NCBI GenBank assembly: GCA_041576165.1
Contig: JBFGLM010000014.1
Location: forward strand, 26,577-90,576
Reading direction: 5' to 3'
Length of the DNA stretch: 64,000 nt
DNA from: Acidimicrobiia bacterium
GTDB lineage: Bacteria > Actinomycetota > Acidimicrobiia > Spongiisociales > Spongiisociaceae
Under the pieces are notes generated by a model. It saw only the letters and a program-made list of their open reading frames with translations, was not told the DNA's origin and made no database searches. The translations under genes were made by a program, and so were the position numbers. Shown piece by piece: positions 28,165 to 38,044 of this stretch (position 1 is the stretch's first letter; every line of letters starts with the position of its first letter).

Positions 28165-31100
28165 ATGCAATTCCAGATCCTGGGTCCGTTGGAGATGACC
28201 AGCAGTGGTCAGCCGGTCGATCTGGGTGCCAGGAAACAGCGCATGCTGCTGGCGCTGCTTCTGATCAACGCCAATCGGGTCGTGTCCACCGACCGGATTT
28301 TGGAAAGCCTGTGGGGGGACGACGCCGAGGGCAAGGAAAACGCCCTTTGGGTTTACGTCTCTCGCCTTCGCGGCGTCCTAGAACCCGAGCGGGGCAAGGG
28401 CGAGCAGGGGGAGGTACTCGTTACCCGCGACCACGGATATCAGCTCAACGTCGATCCGGACGCGATCGACGCAGCACGGTTTGAGCGGGCCGCCGCCGAG
28501 GGGCGATCTCTGGTCAGGGACGATCCCGAACGTGCGGCCGGCCTCTTGGCGACCGCGCTCGAGGAGTGGTCGGGTATTCCGTTGCAGGAGTTCGCATACG
28601 AGGAATTCGCCCAGTCCGAGTTGGCACGCCTCGAAGAGTTACGGGTCACGGCGCTGGAGGATCGGATTGAAGCCGACCTTCGCCGCGGCGCCGCCCGGGA
28701 TGTGATCGCCGATCTGGAAGCTCTTCACGACCAGTACCCGCTCCGCGAGCGGCCGGTCGGCCAACTCATGCTGGCTTTGTACCGTTCCGGACGTCAGGCC
28801 GACGCGCTGAGGACCTTCACCCGCTACGAACGGCACTTGGCGGAGGAGCTCGGCGTTGAGGCGTCGCCGGAACTCCGGCGGCTCGAGGAGCAGATCTTGC
28901 TCCACGATTCCCGCATCCAAGCCAGTCGGCCGACCCGGGTTGCAGCCGCACACGTCGCCAGGGCAGTGAACCCCTACAAGGGCTTGCGGGCCTTTGGAGA
29001 GGATGACGCATCAGACTTCTACGGTCGCGAGCGTCTGATCGCCGACTTGATGCGCCGGATGGGTGAGGGCCAGCAGATGCTCGCTCTGGTCGGGGCGAGC
29101 GGGTCGGGCAAGTCGAGTGTTGTGAAGGCCGGCTTGATTCCCGCGATCCGCAAGTCCGACGACCCTGGCCGGCAGAGTTGGATAGTGGCGCAGATGGTGC
29201 CCGGATCCCATCCTTTTACCGAACTCGAGGTGGCGTTGCTCCGGTCCACGCTTGATGGACCGGAGTCGCTGGCCGAGCAGATCCGGGTGCCGGACACGGG
29301 GATTCTGGGCGCATGTTTGCGGGTTTTGCCGGACCCGGACAGCCGTCTGTTGCTGGTGATAGACCAGTTCGAGGAGCTGTTCACCCTGGCCGAGGACGAG
29401 GCCGTCAGACGGGACTTCCTGGCAGGGCTGGTGACCGCAGTGGATGACCCACACGGACGGATCACCGTGGTGCTGACGCTGCGGGCCGATTTTTATCACC
29501 GGCCGTTGACCAATCCGGACTTTGGTGACCGGCTGGGCGAGGCCGTGGTCAACGTGGTTCCGCTGCGACCGGACGAACTGGAGACCGCCGCCCTCAAGCC
29601 CGCGCAACACATGGGGATGGAGCTCGAGCCGGCGCTGCTCGGGGCGCTGATCGGCGACGTGGCCGGTCAGCCGGGGGCGCTGCCGCTGTACCAATATGCC
29701 CTCACCGAACTCTTCGATCGCCGCGTGGGGAACACCCTCACGCTGGACGCGTACCGGGCCTCAGGTGGAGTGGCGGGTGCGCTGTCGACCCGGGCCGAAG
29801 ATCTGTATGCGCGGCTGACCGTGAGCCAGCGGACCGCAGCGAAGCAGCTGTTCCTGCGACTGGTGACGATCGCGGAGACGGATGAGTGGTCGCGGCGGCG
29901 GGTGCCGGCCCGGGAGATCCTGGCGCTCGACCTGGACGTGCTGGCTCTGCAGGCGGCAATCGATCTCTATGCCGGCCACCGACTGCTGACGTTGGATCGG
30001 GATTCGACGACCGGGTCGCCGACGGTCGAGGTCGGCCACGAAGCATTGCTCAACGAGTGGGAGCGTTTGCGCGACTGGATCGACGCTGCCCGTGACGACG
30101 TCCGGCGTCATGCTGCATTGACGACGTCGATGTTCGAGTGGTGGGAATCGGCCCGGGATCCCGGCTTCCTGCTGACCGGGTCGCGGTTGGAAGCGTATGA
30201 GCAATGGGCGGGCCAGGCGACCATGCAGCTGACGAAAGGTGAGCGGGAGTTCCTGGCGGCCTCGGTGGAGGCTCGGGACACGGCGGTGGAATTCGAGCTC
30301 GAACGCCAGCAGCTGGAGCTGCGGGCGGTCCGCTCGGCCAGGCGGAGGTTGTGGGGGCTTGGCGCACTGATCATTGCGGTTGCGGGTCTTGCGGTGGTGG
30401 TGCTCGCACTGGCGCCATGGTCAACGAAGCCGGTGGTGACCGCCATGCTCCGGTCTGTGGATGGAGGAGGCCAGGACGCGCAGAATATGTTCGTTCGGGG
30501 CCTTGAGTCAGCTGAGCGTGACTTCGGTATCGAACTCGCTGTCGAGACCGGGCCGTTCGTGGACCTTCCGGCGGAGTACGACGTTGCGGTTCGAGATACG
30601 GACCTGTTCATTGGCAGCCTCGACACAATGCGAAGCTGGTGGCCAGGCTGGACGGACGCAGAAGCGCAAAGGTTACTGGCCCAGGACTCGCCTGGTACGA
30701 GTCGCGCGTATCTGGGGTTCCAGACTCTCGTCCCTGATGCGGCCTCGGTCAGGTTGAGCGCGCACGAGGGTGCATATTTGGCCGGCGCAGCTGCGGCGCT
30801 GAACTCTCAGTCAAATGTGATCGCATTCATCGGCCCGGTCCAGGTCGAAGACATCGAGTCATTTCGGGCGGGCTATGAGCAAGGTGCCCGCCACGCTCGG
30901 CCCGGCGTCCGTGTTTTGTCGCAGTACGTGACGACCACTGATTCCGAAGACGCAGCGTTCATGCCGCTATCGCCCGATCGCTGGCCGACAACAGCCCAAG
31001 CGGCCAGAACAGCCGACTTCTTGATCGCGGAAGGCGCCGACGTTGTTTTCTGGGTCGGCGGGGTGGACGGGGGCATGGGCGTGCTCGAAGCGGTTGCGCG

Positions 31101-32085
31101 GGCAAACGAGGACGCGCACCGGGTCTGGTTCATTGGGACGGATGTCAATTGGGGACTCGAGCGAGTGAATGGCCAACGGGCTATATCCCATGTACTCACA
31201 TCGGTTGTGACCCGTTGGGACGCAGTCGCCTACAACCTGGTCGACGCATACACATCCGGAGAGCTGTCGCCGGGCCCGGTCGAGTACGGAGTCGCCGCGG
31301 GAGTGATCGAACTGACGGCTACCGGGGGCCACCTGGCAGATGTGCGGGCCACGCTGGCCGAAATCGGATCGCGTATTGCCACGGGAGCCACACAGGTAGA
31401 CCGCGTTCCGGACTCCGTCGTCTCGGCTCCGGTCGATGCTGGCGTCGTTAGCGATGCACGGGTGCGCTTTGACGGGACGGTCTGTGAGTACGAAGGCCCG
31501 CTCGAGGTTGTCGCCGGTAACACCCTGCGGTTGACGTACGAGAACGATGCAAGTGTGCCTAGCTCCCTTCGATTGCGAGTGTCGGCACTGCAGTCGATCC
31601 CGGCCGAGTCCGGTCGCCGGAACGTGGGATACCTGCGCGTGAACGGAAGCAACCGGAGCATCAGCTGTACGACCGCGGCACGAATGGTCCCAGGACCCAG
31701 CCTCGAGCTTGTGAACCACCCGGCGACTGCGATTGATCACGTCGTCCAAGTGGTCTACGACGGCAGCCAATGCACGCTTCTCGATGGACAAGAGGTCCGC
31801 GTTGGATCCCTGGTCGAGTTCGACGTTGCCAATCGATCGTCGAAATTCGCTTCATTCCCGGTGTGGCATGCCGCCGACGGTTCGAGCGACCTCCTGAGCG
31901 AACCGGGTGGCCGGTTTATCGGGGACACCTTCCTCGCTCACATGGATCGTTATTACACCGAAGGGTTGGCTTCGCGGGGCACGTCCGTTCGTTTTGTCGC
32001 CCGGATCGACACGGCGGGCGAGCATTTCGTGACGTGTTTCAGTGGCGACGAGCCGGGTAACGCCGCATTTGTCGCGACCGATTGA
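28165..32085 (+). CDS. Transmembrane regulator: SARP (wHTH+BTAD) - nSTAND1 NTPase - TM - BMP/PnrA-like ligand-binding domain - two beta-sandwich repeats
   Basis: MQFQILGPLE, LMLALYRSGRQADAL, NPYKGLRAF..FYGRE, GASGSGKSS, IDQFEELFT, HEALLNEWERL, TM LWGLGALIIAVAGLAVVVLALA, EGAYLAGAAAA..FRAGYEQGA..FIGTDVN. Confidence 0.88.
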   Translation: MQFQILGPLEMTSSGQPVDLGARKQRMLLALLLINANRVVSTDRILESLWGDDAEGKENALWVYVSRLRGVLEPERGKGEQGEVLVTRDHGYQLNVDPDAIDAARFERAAAEGRSLVRDDPERAAGLLATALEEWSGIPLQEFAYEEFAQSELARLEELRVTALEDRIEADLRRGAARDVIADLEALHDQYPLRERPVGQLMLALYRSGRQADALRTFTRYERHLAEELGVEASPELRRLEEQILLHDSRIQASRPTRVAAAHVARAVNPYKGLRAFGEDDASDFYGRERLIADLMRRMGEGQQMLALVGASGSGKSSVVKAGLIPAIRKSDDPGRQSWIVAQMVPGSHPFTELEVALLRSTLDGPESLAEQIRVPDTGILGACLRVLPDPDSRLLLVIDQFEELFTLAEDEAVRRDFLAGLVTAVDDPHGRITVVLTLRADFYHRPLTNPDFGDRLGEAVVNVVPLRPDELETAALKPAQHMGMELEPALLGALIGDVAGQPGALPLYQYALTELFDRRVGNTLTLDAYRASGGVAGALSTRAEDLYARLTVSQRTAAKQLFLRLVTIAETDEWSRRRVPAREILALDLDVLALQAAIDLYAGHRLLTLDRDSTTGSPTVEVGHEALLNEWERLRDWIDAARDDVRRHAALTTSMFEWWESARDPGFLLTGSRLEAYEQWAGQATMQLTKGEREFLAASVEARDTAVEFELERQQLELRAVRSARRRLWGLGALIIAVAGLAVVVLALAPWSTKPVVTAMLRSVDGGGQDAQNMFVRGLESAERDFGIELAVETGPFVDLPAEYDVAVRDTDLFIGSLDTMRSWWPGWTDAEAQRLLAQDSPGTSRAYLGFQTLVPDAASVRLSAHEGAYLAGAAAALNSQSNVIAFIGPVQVEDIESFRAGYEQGARHARPGVRVLSQYVTTTDSEDAAFMPLSPDRWPTTAQAARTADFLIAEGADVVFWVGGVDGGMGVLEAVARANEDAHRVWFIGTDVNWGLERVNGQRAISHVLTSVVTRWDAVAYNLVDAYTSGELSPGPVEYGVAAGVIELTATGGHLADVRATLAEIGSRIATGATQVDRVPDSVVSAPVDAGVVSDARVRFDGTVCEYEGPLEVVAGNTLRLTYENDASVPSSLRLRVSALQSIPAESGRRNVGYLRVNGSNRSISCTTAARMVPGPSLELVNHPATAIDHVVQVVYDGSQCTLLDGQEVRVGSLVEFDVANRSSKFASFPVWHAADGSSDLLSEPGGRFIGDTFLAHMDRYYTEGLASRGTSVRFVARIDTAGEHFVTCFSGDEPGNAAFVATD

Positions 32086-32368
32086 CGCGGGCCGGCGGAG
32101 GTGGCCCTGCTGGTGGGTGAGGCAGTGGTCGTCCTGGCGGCGTTGTCGTCGCCTCCCAGAATCGGGCTCACCACCCCAGCAACCGAGAGCGGTCTCGGAA
32201 CACTGCTCACCGACGCCCCGCGAAGAGCCGACGTGACTTCGGCGTCGAGACGTTCGTGGTGGCCCACCGACCGACCGGAAGCGGCAGTCGGGTCGGTTTT
32301 CACCGTCGGGACCGGCACCGGATGACCGCGGCGCCGAGCCGGTGCGACGTGGTGACCTCGCCGCAGTG

Positions 32369-33871
32369 TCAGCGATATAGCTCAACCGCGAACGGATTGA
32401 GTCCACCCGGTCCGCCCGGTGGGTTGGAGCCGCGCAGGCTTTGAGGGAGCGCCGAATCGGGCAGTACGAATGCCGACATCTGTTTCATGGCGTGCGCGCC
32501 GCTACACGGCGCGGGCACGCACGGTTCACCCGGGCTGTGGAAGACCCAATCGGCGCCCTTCCACGCCGTCGTCTGCAAGTAGATCGCCCGGAACCGCCGG
32601 ATGTGCAGCCAGCTGCTCCCGGTACCCAGGGTCGATTCCCAGAATTCGGGGATATATGCGAACCGGGCTGTGTTGCTTCCCAGGCTCTGGTTGAAGATCA
32701 CCGCCGAGTAAGAGCCCGCCACGTACTCGTCTATGCAGACCTCCATGTGCTGCCAGGAGCGGTTTTGGTCGGGATTTCCGTCCAGGTCCCAGTCCTGCTG
32801 CCCCCCGTTGAACGTCGAGGGTGCGCAGCTGGCGGGGGCATCGTCGGCGGCCGTGGCGGTCGAGGTTCCTCCGTAGTCCGCAGCTGGCGAGATGTAGTGC
32901 CAGAGCGGACGGTCGTCCACAGCGCGGCCGAAGACGGTGGTGGTGGTGGCGCTCTGCGCCAGCCGGGGCGTGTAGCCGCCGGGAACCGGGCCAACCAAGC
33001 CCTGCTCAGCGCCGTTGCCCGGGAAACCGGTGTCGGTGTTGAGCGTGTCGACCAGCGGGTTGTAGCAGAGATCACGAACCTCGTTGGCCACCAGCCCGTC
33101 CGTATCGGGGATGATGATGTGGTCGTAGCCGTGAGCGATGTTTTGGGCGAGCACCTGGGGTGGCGGTGATGCCGAGCACTCCGGGCTGGTCGGTATCAGT
33201 GGGTTTCCGAACTTCCTGCCCTTGAGACTGCCGAAGTTCCCGGACACCGACCCGGTGCACGGGTCCTGGGCGAGCCCGGACGGGCTGGATGACAGACACA
33301 GATGACCTGAGCCGGCGCCACTGGAGATCCCGAACGGCAGGATGCCGCCTGTCCCATTGATCGGACGCAACCGTGACACGGCAAACGCGCCGGTCGCGAG
33401 TTCGTCCACGCCGAACAAGCGTCCGAAGGTCGTATCGATCAGTTGCGTCGGCAGTCGAACCCGCAACAGGCCGCGCGCCGATTCGAAGGACAGGCACCAG
33501 TTGGCGGGATCGGTCGGAACCCAGGTCGCCGGAGCGGGGAGCGCAACGAAATTGAAGCCTCCGTCGTTGCGCTCGGACGCCTGGTCGACGCAGGACTCCC
33601 ACAGGGACTGCCACTCGGCCGGGGTGTAAGTGGTCGGGAGGTTGTCCTCGACGTACGCAAGTGCTTCATCCCGCATCGCCGTTCCGCCGTTGAGTGCCGC
33701 GACCACGCCGGCCATTGCGCTCATGTCGGCTGCGGTCTGATCGGCCCTCCGCTCGTTGAACCCGGCACCGAGGTCGATCGCCAGGGCCGCGAAGCCGAGC
33801 AACAGCAGCATTGCGGCCGCCACGATGAGGGCCGACGCGCCCCGCTCCTCCCCGAGGCCCCGGGTCAGCAT
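32369..33871 (-). CDS. TadG-like Flp pilus assembly/adhesin protein
   Basis: EERGASALIVAAAMLLLLGFAALAIDLG..RADQTAAD prepilin-like N-terminus; Cys-rich body. Confidence 0.85.
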   Translation of the reverse strand: MLTRGLGEERGASALIVAAAMLLLLGFAALAIDLGAGFNERRADQTAADMSAMAGVVAALNGGTAMRDEALAYVEDNLPTTYTPAEWQSLWESCVDQASERNDGGFNFVALPAPATWVPTDPANWCLSFESARGLLRVRLPTQLIDTTFGRLFGVDELATGAFAVSRLRPINGTGGILPFGISSGAGSGHLCLSSSPSGLAQDPCTGSVSGNFGSLKGRKFGNPLIPTSPECSASPPPQVLAQNIAHGYDHIIIPDTDGLVANEVRDLCYNPLVDTLNTDTGFPGNGAEQGLVGPVPGGYTPRLAQSATTTTVFGRAVDDRPLWHYISPAADYGGTSTATAADDAPASCAPSTFNGGQQDWDLDGNPDQNRSWQHMEVCIDEYVAGSYSAVIFNQSLGSNTARFAYIPEFWESTLGTGSSWLHIRRFRAIYLQTTAWKGADWVFHSPGEPCVPAPCSGAHAMKQMSAFVLPDSALPQSLRGSNPPGGPGGLNPFAVELYR

Positions 33872-34290
33872 GTGTGGTTTCCCGTCGCCCACAGAGTGGT
33901 GGGCTGTTCGATGCTCACGTTGACGGTTGAGCCGAGAGTGGCCGGCATCATCGACGTGACACCGGGGAAGCCGGTGAGCGGAGTCACGTTCACGACAACA
34001 GACACCGTGGCCCGACTGCCAACAGCACCGGGGTCTGTGAAGGAAACAACCGCTCCGGTGGTGGAGTCCATGGCGCCGCAGACGGCCGCTCCCATGCTTG
34101 CCACCGAACCCGAATTGGAGGCAGCGAGCCTGGCTGCTTCGCGGGCCCCGTGACGCACGTCGTTTTGCTGGCTCATGAGCCAGCCGAATTCGGCGATTCC
34201 TACCAGCAAAAGAACCAATAGCGGCATGAGCAGTGCGAATTCGACGAGCGCAGCTCCTCTATCGGGCGAGTCCGGGTTGTCCATCGACAT
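33865..34290 (-). CDS. TadE-like pseudopilin
   Basis: DRGAALVEFALLMPLLVLLLVGIAEFG..AREAARLAA. Confidence 0.9.
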   Translation of the reverse strand: MSMDNPDSPDRGAALVEFALLMPLLVLLLVGIAEFGWLMSQQNDVRHGAREAARLAASNSGSVASMGAAVCGAMDSTTGAVVSFTDPGAVGSRATVSVVVNVTPLTGFPGVTSMMPATLGSTVNVSIEQPTTLWATGNHTC

Positions 34291-34612
34291 GCCTGTCCGA
34301 GTGGGGTATTGCGTTCAAGCCCGGAACGCCGACAGACTAAGCCGACGCTTGCCGTACAGGGTCAAGACGCGCGCAAATATCAAAAATGAGTCGTTTGAAT
34401 CACTGGGAGCAGTTGCCAGCTGGGTTGAAGTGGTCGACGCCAAACGGCCGACGGTGGCGGCGACCAGGACGCAATGCGTCGGTCGAGACTCGAACGAGCC
34501 AAACTCGGGATAGTTGATCCGCAACGTCCATAAGCAGCCCCGGGACGGCGGGCGACCCGGGCTTGCCCCGGCTCTGCTCGCCGGACCTCTCGGCGAACTC
34601 GCTCCAAGTTCA

Positions 34613-34630
34613 ATCGAACATATGTTCGAT
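34613..34630. promoter_or_regulatory. LexA (SOS) box upstream of dnaE2
   Basis: ATCGAACATATGTTCGAT, identical to the box at 13895. Confidence 0.92.
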
Positions 34631-34641
34631 AATTGGATACG

Positions 34642-37600
34642 ATGTCTGACGTGGCGCAGAAGAGAGCAAAGTACGCGGAGTTGCACGCCCATTCGAACTT
34701 CTCGTTTCTCGATGGGGCATCGCATCCGGAGCGGATCGTTGAGCAGGCAGTGCAACTCGGGCTCGAAGCCCTGGCCGTCACCGATCACGACGGCTTCTAC
34801 GGGCTCGTCAGGTTTTGGAGCGCGGCCCGCGAGGCCGGACTCCCGGCCGTGTACGGCGCCGAGATTTCGCTCCCGCCGGGCGGGCCCGACGCCGAACGGG
34901 AGGGCCGTGACCTCCCGATCCGCGCGGCGCAGACCAAAGACGCCACCCGGCCGATCACCAGCGCCGGCGAGTCAGATCGCTGGCGGCGGGGGCGCATCCG
35001 CCGTATGCACGGCACCAAACCCGTCGACCAGGGCTTGGTCGACCACCTGGTACTGCTGGCGCCTTCCCCCGACGGCTACGCCGAACTGTCGAAACTGATC
35101 AGCCGGGCCCAGTTCCGGGGCGAGAAGGACCGACCGATCTACCGCTGGGAGGATCTGGCCGAAGCCGCTACCAAAGGCCGGCTGGTGGCCCTCAGCGGCT
35201 GCTGGCAGGGCGCCATCCCCCGCGCCGCCCAGACCGGCGATGTGGCCGCTACCACCCGGGCCGCCACCCAGCTCAAGGACATCTTCGGCACCCGCCTCCA
35301 CCTCGAGCTGTGGGACCATCTCATGCCCGAGGACGGACCGCGTAATGACCTGATGTGGGAGGTGGCGCGGCAGCTCAAGCTGCCGGTGGTGGCAACCAAC
35401 AACGTCCACTACGCCGACCGTCACGACGCCGACCTGTCCGAAGTCCTCGCCGCCATCGGTGGGCGCCGCACGCTGGTGGAGCAGGATGGGTTCCGCCCGG
35501 CCACCGACGAGCGCTACCTGAAGTCACCCGAGGAGATGGCGGCCCGTTTCGCCCGCTACCCGGGAGCAGTCGAGCGATCGGTTCATCTCGCTCGAGCTCT
35601 GACGTTCGATCTGAAGCTGGTCGCTCCCAAACTGCCGGATTTTCCGATGCCGGGTCACTTCCAGGACGAGATGGAGTACCTGCGCCATCTCACCTTCGAA
35701 GGCGCCCTCGACGTGTATCCCGACTCGGCCGGTGGGATCGATCCCCGTGCCCGGGACCGGCTCGAGCACGAACTGCAGATCATCGAGAACCTCGGGTTCC
35801 CCGGCTATTTCCTGGTGGTGTGGGACATCGTCAACTTCGCCCGGGACCAAGACATCTTGTGCCAGATCCGTGGGTCGGGCGCCGACTCGGCGGTGTGCCG
35901 CTGTCTGGGACTCACCCGGGTCGACCCGATCCGGCTGATGTTGCCGTTCGAGCGGTTCTTGTCAGAAGAACGCGGGCGGCCGCCCGACATCGATCTCGAT
36001 CTCGAAGCCGAACGGCGCGAGGAGGTCATCCAGTACTGCTACCGCCGCTATGGGCGGGAGCGGGCCGCCATGGTGGCGAATGTGATCACCTACCGGGCCC
36101 GTTCGGTGCTGCGCGACGTCGGCAAAGCCTTCGGATTCACTCAGGCCCAGGTCGACGGCCTCTCCAAGTACGTCGACAGCCGCAACACTTCCCAGCTCCG
36201 CCTCGAGGCGCCCCTGCCGGAAGGGATGACTGCCGACTTCGTATACGACGTCTGTCACCGGATCGATGGGTTCCCCCGCCATCTGGGGATTCATTCCGGC
36301 GGGATGGTGATCGCCGACCGGCCGCTGTGGCAGGTGGTCCCGATCGAGTGGGGCCGGATGGAGGATCGCACCGTGCTGCAGTGGGACAAGGACGACTGCG
36401 CCGCGATCGGGATCGTCAAGTTCGACCTGCTCGGCCTCGGCATGCTCAACGCCCTCCACCTCACGGTCGACGCCATCGAGGATGCCCACGGGGTCAAGAT
36501 CGATCTGGCGACGATCCCCCAGGAGTCGGCCGTCTACGAGATGATGACCAAGGCCGACACGGTGGGCCTGTTCCAGGTCGAGTCGCGGGCGCAGATGGCA
36601 ACCCTTCCCCGGATGAAACCGAAGACCTTCTACGACCTGGCGGTCGAGGTCGCCCTCATCCGGCCCGGTCCGATCCAGGGGGCGTCCGTCCATCCCTACC
36701 TGCGCCGGCGCAATGGCGAGGAGCCGGTTCGCTACCCCCACCCGCTCACCGAGCCAATCCTCAAAAAGACCCTCGGGGTGCCCGTCTTCCAGGAACAACT
36801 CATGGAGCTGGCCCGACTGTGCGCCGGGTTCGACGGCGGCCAGTCCGACCGGCTGCGGGCCGCGATGACCCACAAACGCTCCGACGAAGCGATGGCCCGG
36901 CTGCGGGATGAGGTGTTCGCCGGGATGGCCTCCAACGGGGTGACCGGCGCCGCCGCCGAGGAGATCTGGGAGAAGCTGCAGGGATTCGCCAGCTTCGGCT
37001 TTCCGGAGAGCCACTCGGTCAGCTTCGCCTACATCGTGTACATGTCGGCCTGGTTGCGGTACCACTGGCCCGCCGAGTTTCTGGCGGGCCTGTTGAACGC
37101 CCAGCCGATGGGCTTCTACAGCCCCAATTCGCTGGTGCAGGATGCGATCCGCCACGGGGTGGTGGTGCTCGACCCCGACATCAACCTGTCCCGGTACGAC
37201 TGCACGATCGAACATCACGACGCCGATCCCGGCGACATCGCCACCTACTACGGCATGCGGTGGCGGCGGGGGAGAGGCGCCATCGACGACCCGATCCGCA
37301 CGGCGGTGGCGGTGCGGCTTGGGTTCCGATATGTGCGCAACCTGGGCGACGCCGAGGTCACCCGCATCGAGGTGGCTCGCCAGATCGGCGGGCCGTTTCG
37401 GGATCCGATCGACCTATCCCATCGGGCCGGGCTGCCGGTTGATGCGCTGGAGGGCCTGGCCGCATCAGGCGCGCTGGAGTCATTGGGTCTCGACCGTCGA
37501 GAGGGGCTGTGGGCGGCGGGCGCGCTGGCAGAGATCGGTCCCGGCCGGCTGCCGCTGGCGCCCGGGGCCGATGCACCGCCGCTGCCGGGGATGGATGAGC

Positions 37601-38001
37601 GCGCGGTCCACCAGGCTGCTCTGTGGTCGACCGGGGTGTCGGTCCGCCATCCGATCGAGTTCGCCCGAGAGCGGCTGGCCGCCCAGGGCTGCGTCACCGT
37701 GGCCGAGGCGCTGGCCGTGCTCCGCAACGGAGTCAAGGCCAAGGTGGGCGGCATTGTCACCCACCGTCAGCGGCCGGGGACCGCAGCCGGGGTGATCTTC
37801 TTCAACCTGGAGGACGAGACCGGACTGTTGAACGTCGTCGTGCTGCCCGACATCTGGTCGGCCAACAAGGAGATCGCCCGCCGCAGCGTGGGGCTGATCA
37901 TCGACGGGTTGCTGGAATACCGCGACGGTGTCACCAACCTGGTGGCCCGCTCGTTTGAACCGATCGAGACCGACGAGGTGGCCACCCGTAACTTCCGATG
38001 A
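34642..38001 (+). CDS. dnaE2: Error-prone DNA polymerase DnaE2 (ImuC)
   Basis: YAELHAHSNFSFLDGASHP, PPDIDLD, QWDKDDC, QVESRAQM, FPESHS, NAQPMGFY, RQRPGTA, C-terminal TRNFR. Confidence 0.97.
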   Translation: MSDVAQKRAKYAELHAHSNFSFLDGASHPERIVEQAVQLGLEALAVTDHDGFYGLVRFWSAAREAGLPAVYGAEISLPPGGPDAEREGRDLPIRAAQTKDATRPITSAGESDRWRRGRIRRMHGTKPVDQGLVDHLVLLAPSPDGYAELSKLISRAQFRGEKDRPIYRWEDLAEAATKGRLVALSGCWQGAIPRAAQTGDVAATTRAATQLKDIFGTRLHLELWDHLMPEDGPRNDLMWEVARQLKLPVVATNNVHYADRHDADLSEVLAAIGGRRTLVEQDGFRPATDERYLKSPEEMAARFARYPGAVERSVHLARALTFDLKLVAPKLPDFPMPGHFQDEMEYLRHLTFEGALDVYPDSAGGIDPRARDRLEHELQIIENLGFPGYFLVVWDIVNFARDQDILCQIRGSGADSAVCRCLGLTRVDPIRLMLPFERFLSEERGRPPDIDLDLEAERREEVIQYCYRRYGRERAAMVANVITYRARSVLRDVGKAFGFTQAQVDGLSKYVDSRNTSQLRLEAPLPEGMTADFVYDVCHRIDGFPRHLGIHSGGMVIADRPLWQVVPIEWGRMEDRTVLQWDKDDCAAIGIVKFDLLGLGMLNALHLTVDAIEDAHGVKIDLATIPQESAVYEMMTKADTVGLFQVESRAQMATLPRMKPKTFYDLAVEVALIRPGPIQGASVHPYLRRRNGEEPVRYPHPLTEPILKKTLGVPVFQEQLMELARLCAGFDGGQSDRLRAAMTHKRSDEAMARLRDEVFAGMASNGVTGAAAEEIWEKLQGFASFGFPESHSVSFAYIVYMSAWLRYHWPAEFLAGLLNAQPMGFYSPNSLVQDAIRHGVVVLDPDINLSRYDCTIEHHDADPGDIATYYGMRWRRGRGAIDDPIRTAVAVRLGFRYVRNLGDAEVTRIEVARQIGGPFRDPIDLSHRAGLPVDALEGLAASGALESLGLDRREGLWAAGALAEIGPGRLPLAPGADAPPLPGMDERAVHQAALWSTGVSVRHPIEFARERLAAQGCVTVAEALAVLRNGVKAKVGGIVTHRQRPGTAAGVIFFNLEDETGLLNVVVLPDIWSANKEIARRSVGLIIDGLLEYRDGVTNLVARSFEPIETDEVATRNFR

Positions 38002-38044
38002 ACGCGCGGCCGTGCTTGTCACTCCGACTGCCCGCCTGGGTCCT

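Noticed and set aside
32086-32368. Possible small gene or remnant between the SARP receptor and tadG
   Set aside because: Short ORFs on both strands without RBS or recognisable motif; may be a decayed fragment but cannot be supported
35355-36911. 518-aa alternative-frame ORF inside dnaE2
   Set aside because: R/P/G-rich frameshift shadow with no RBS or domain
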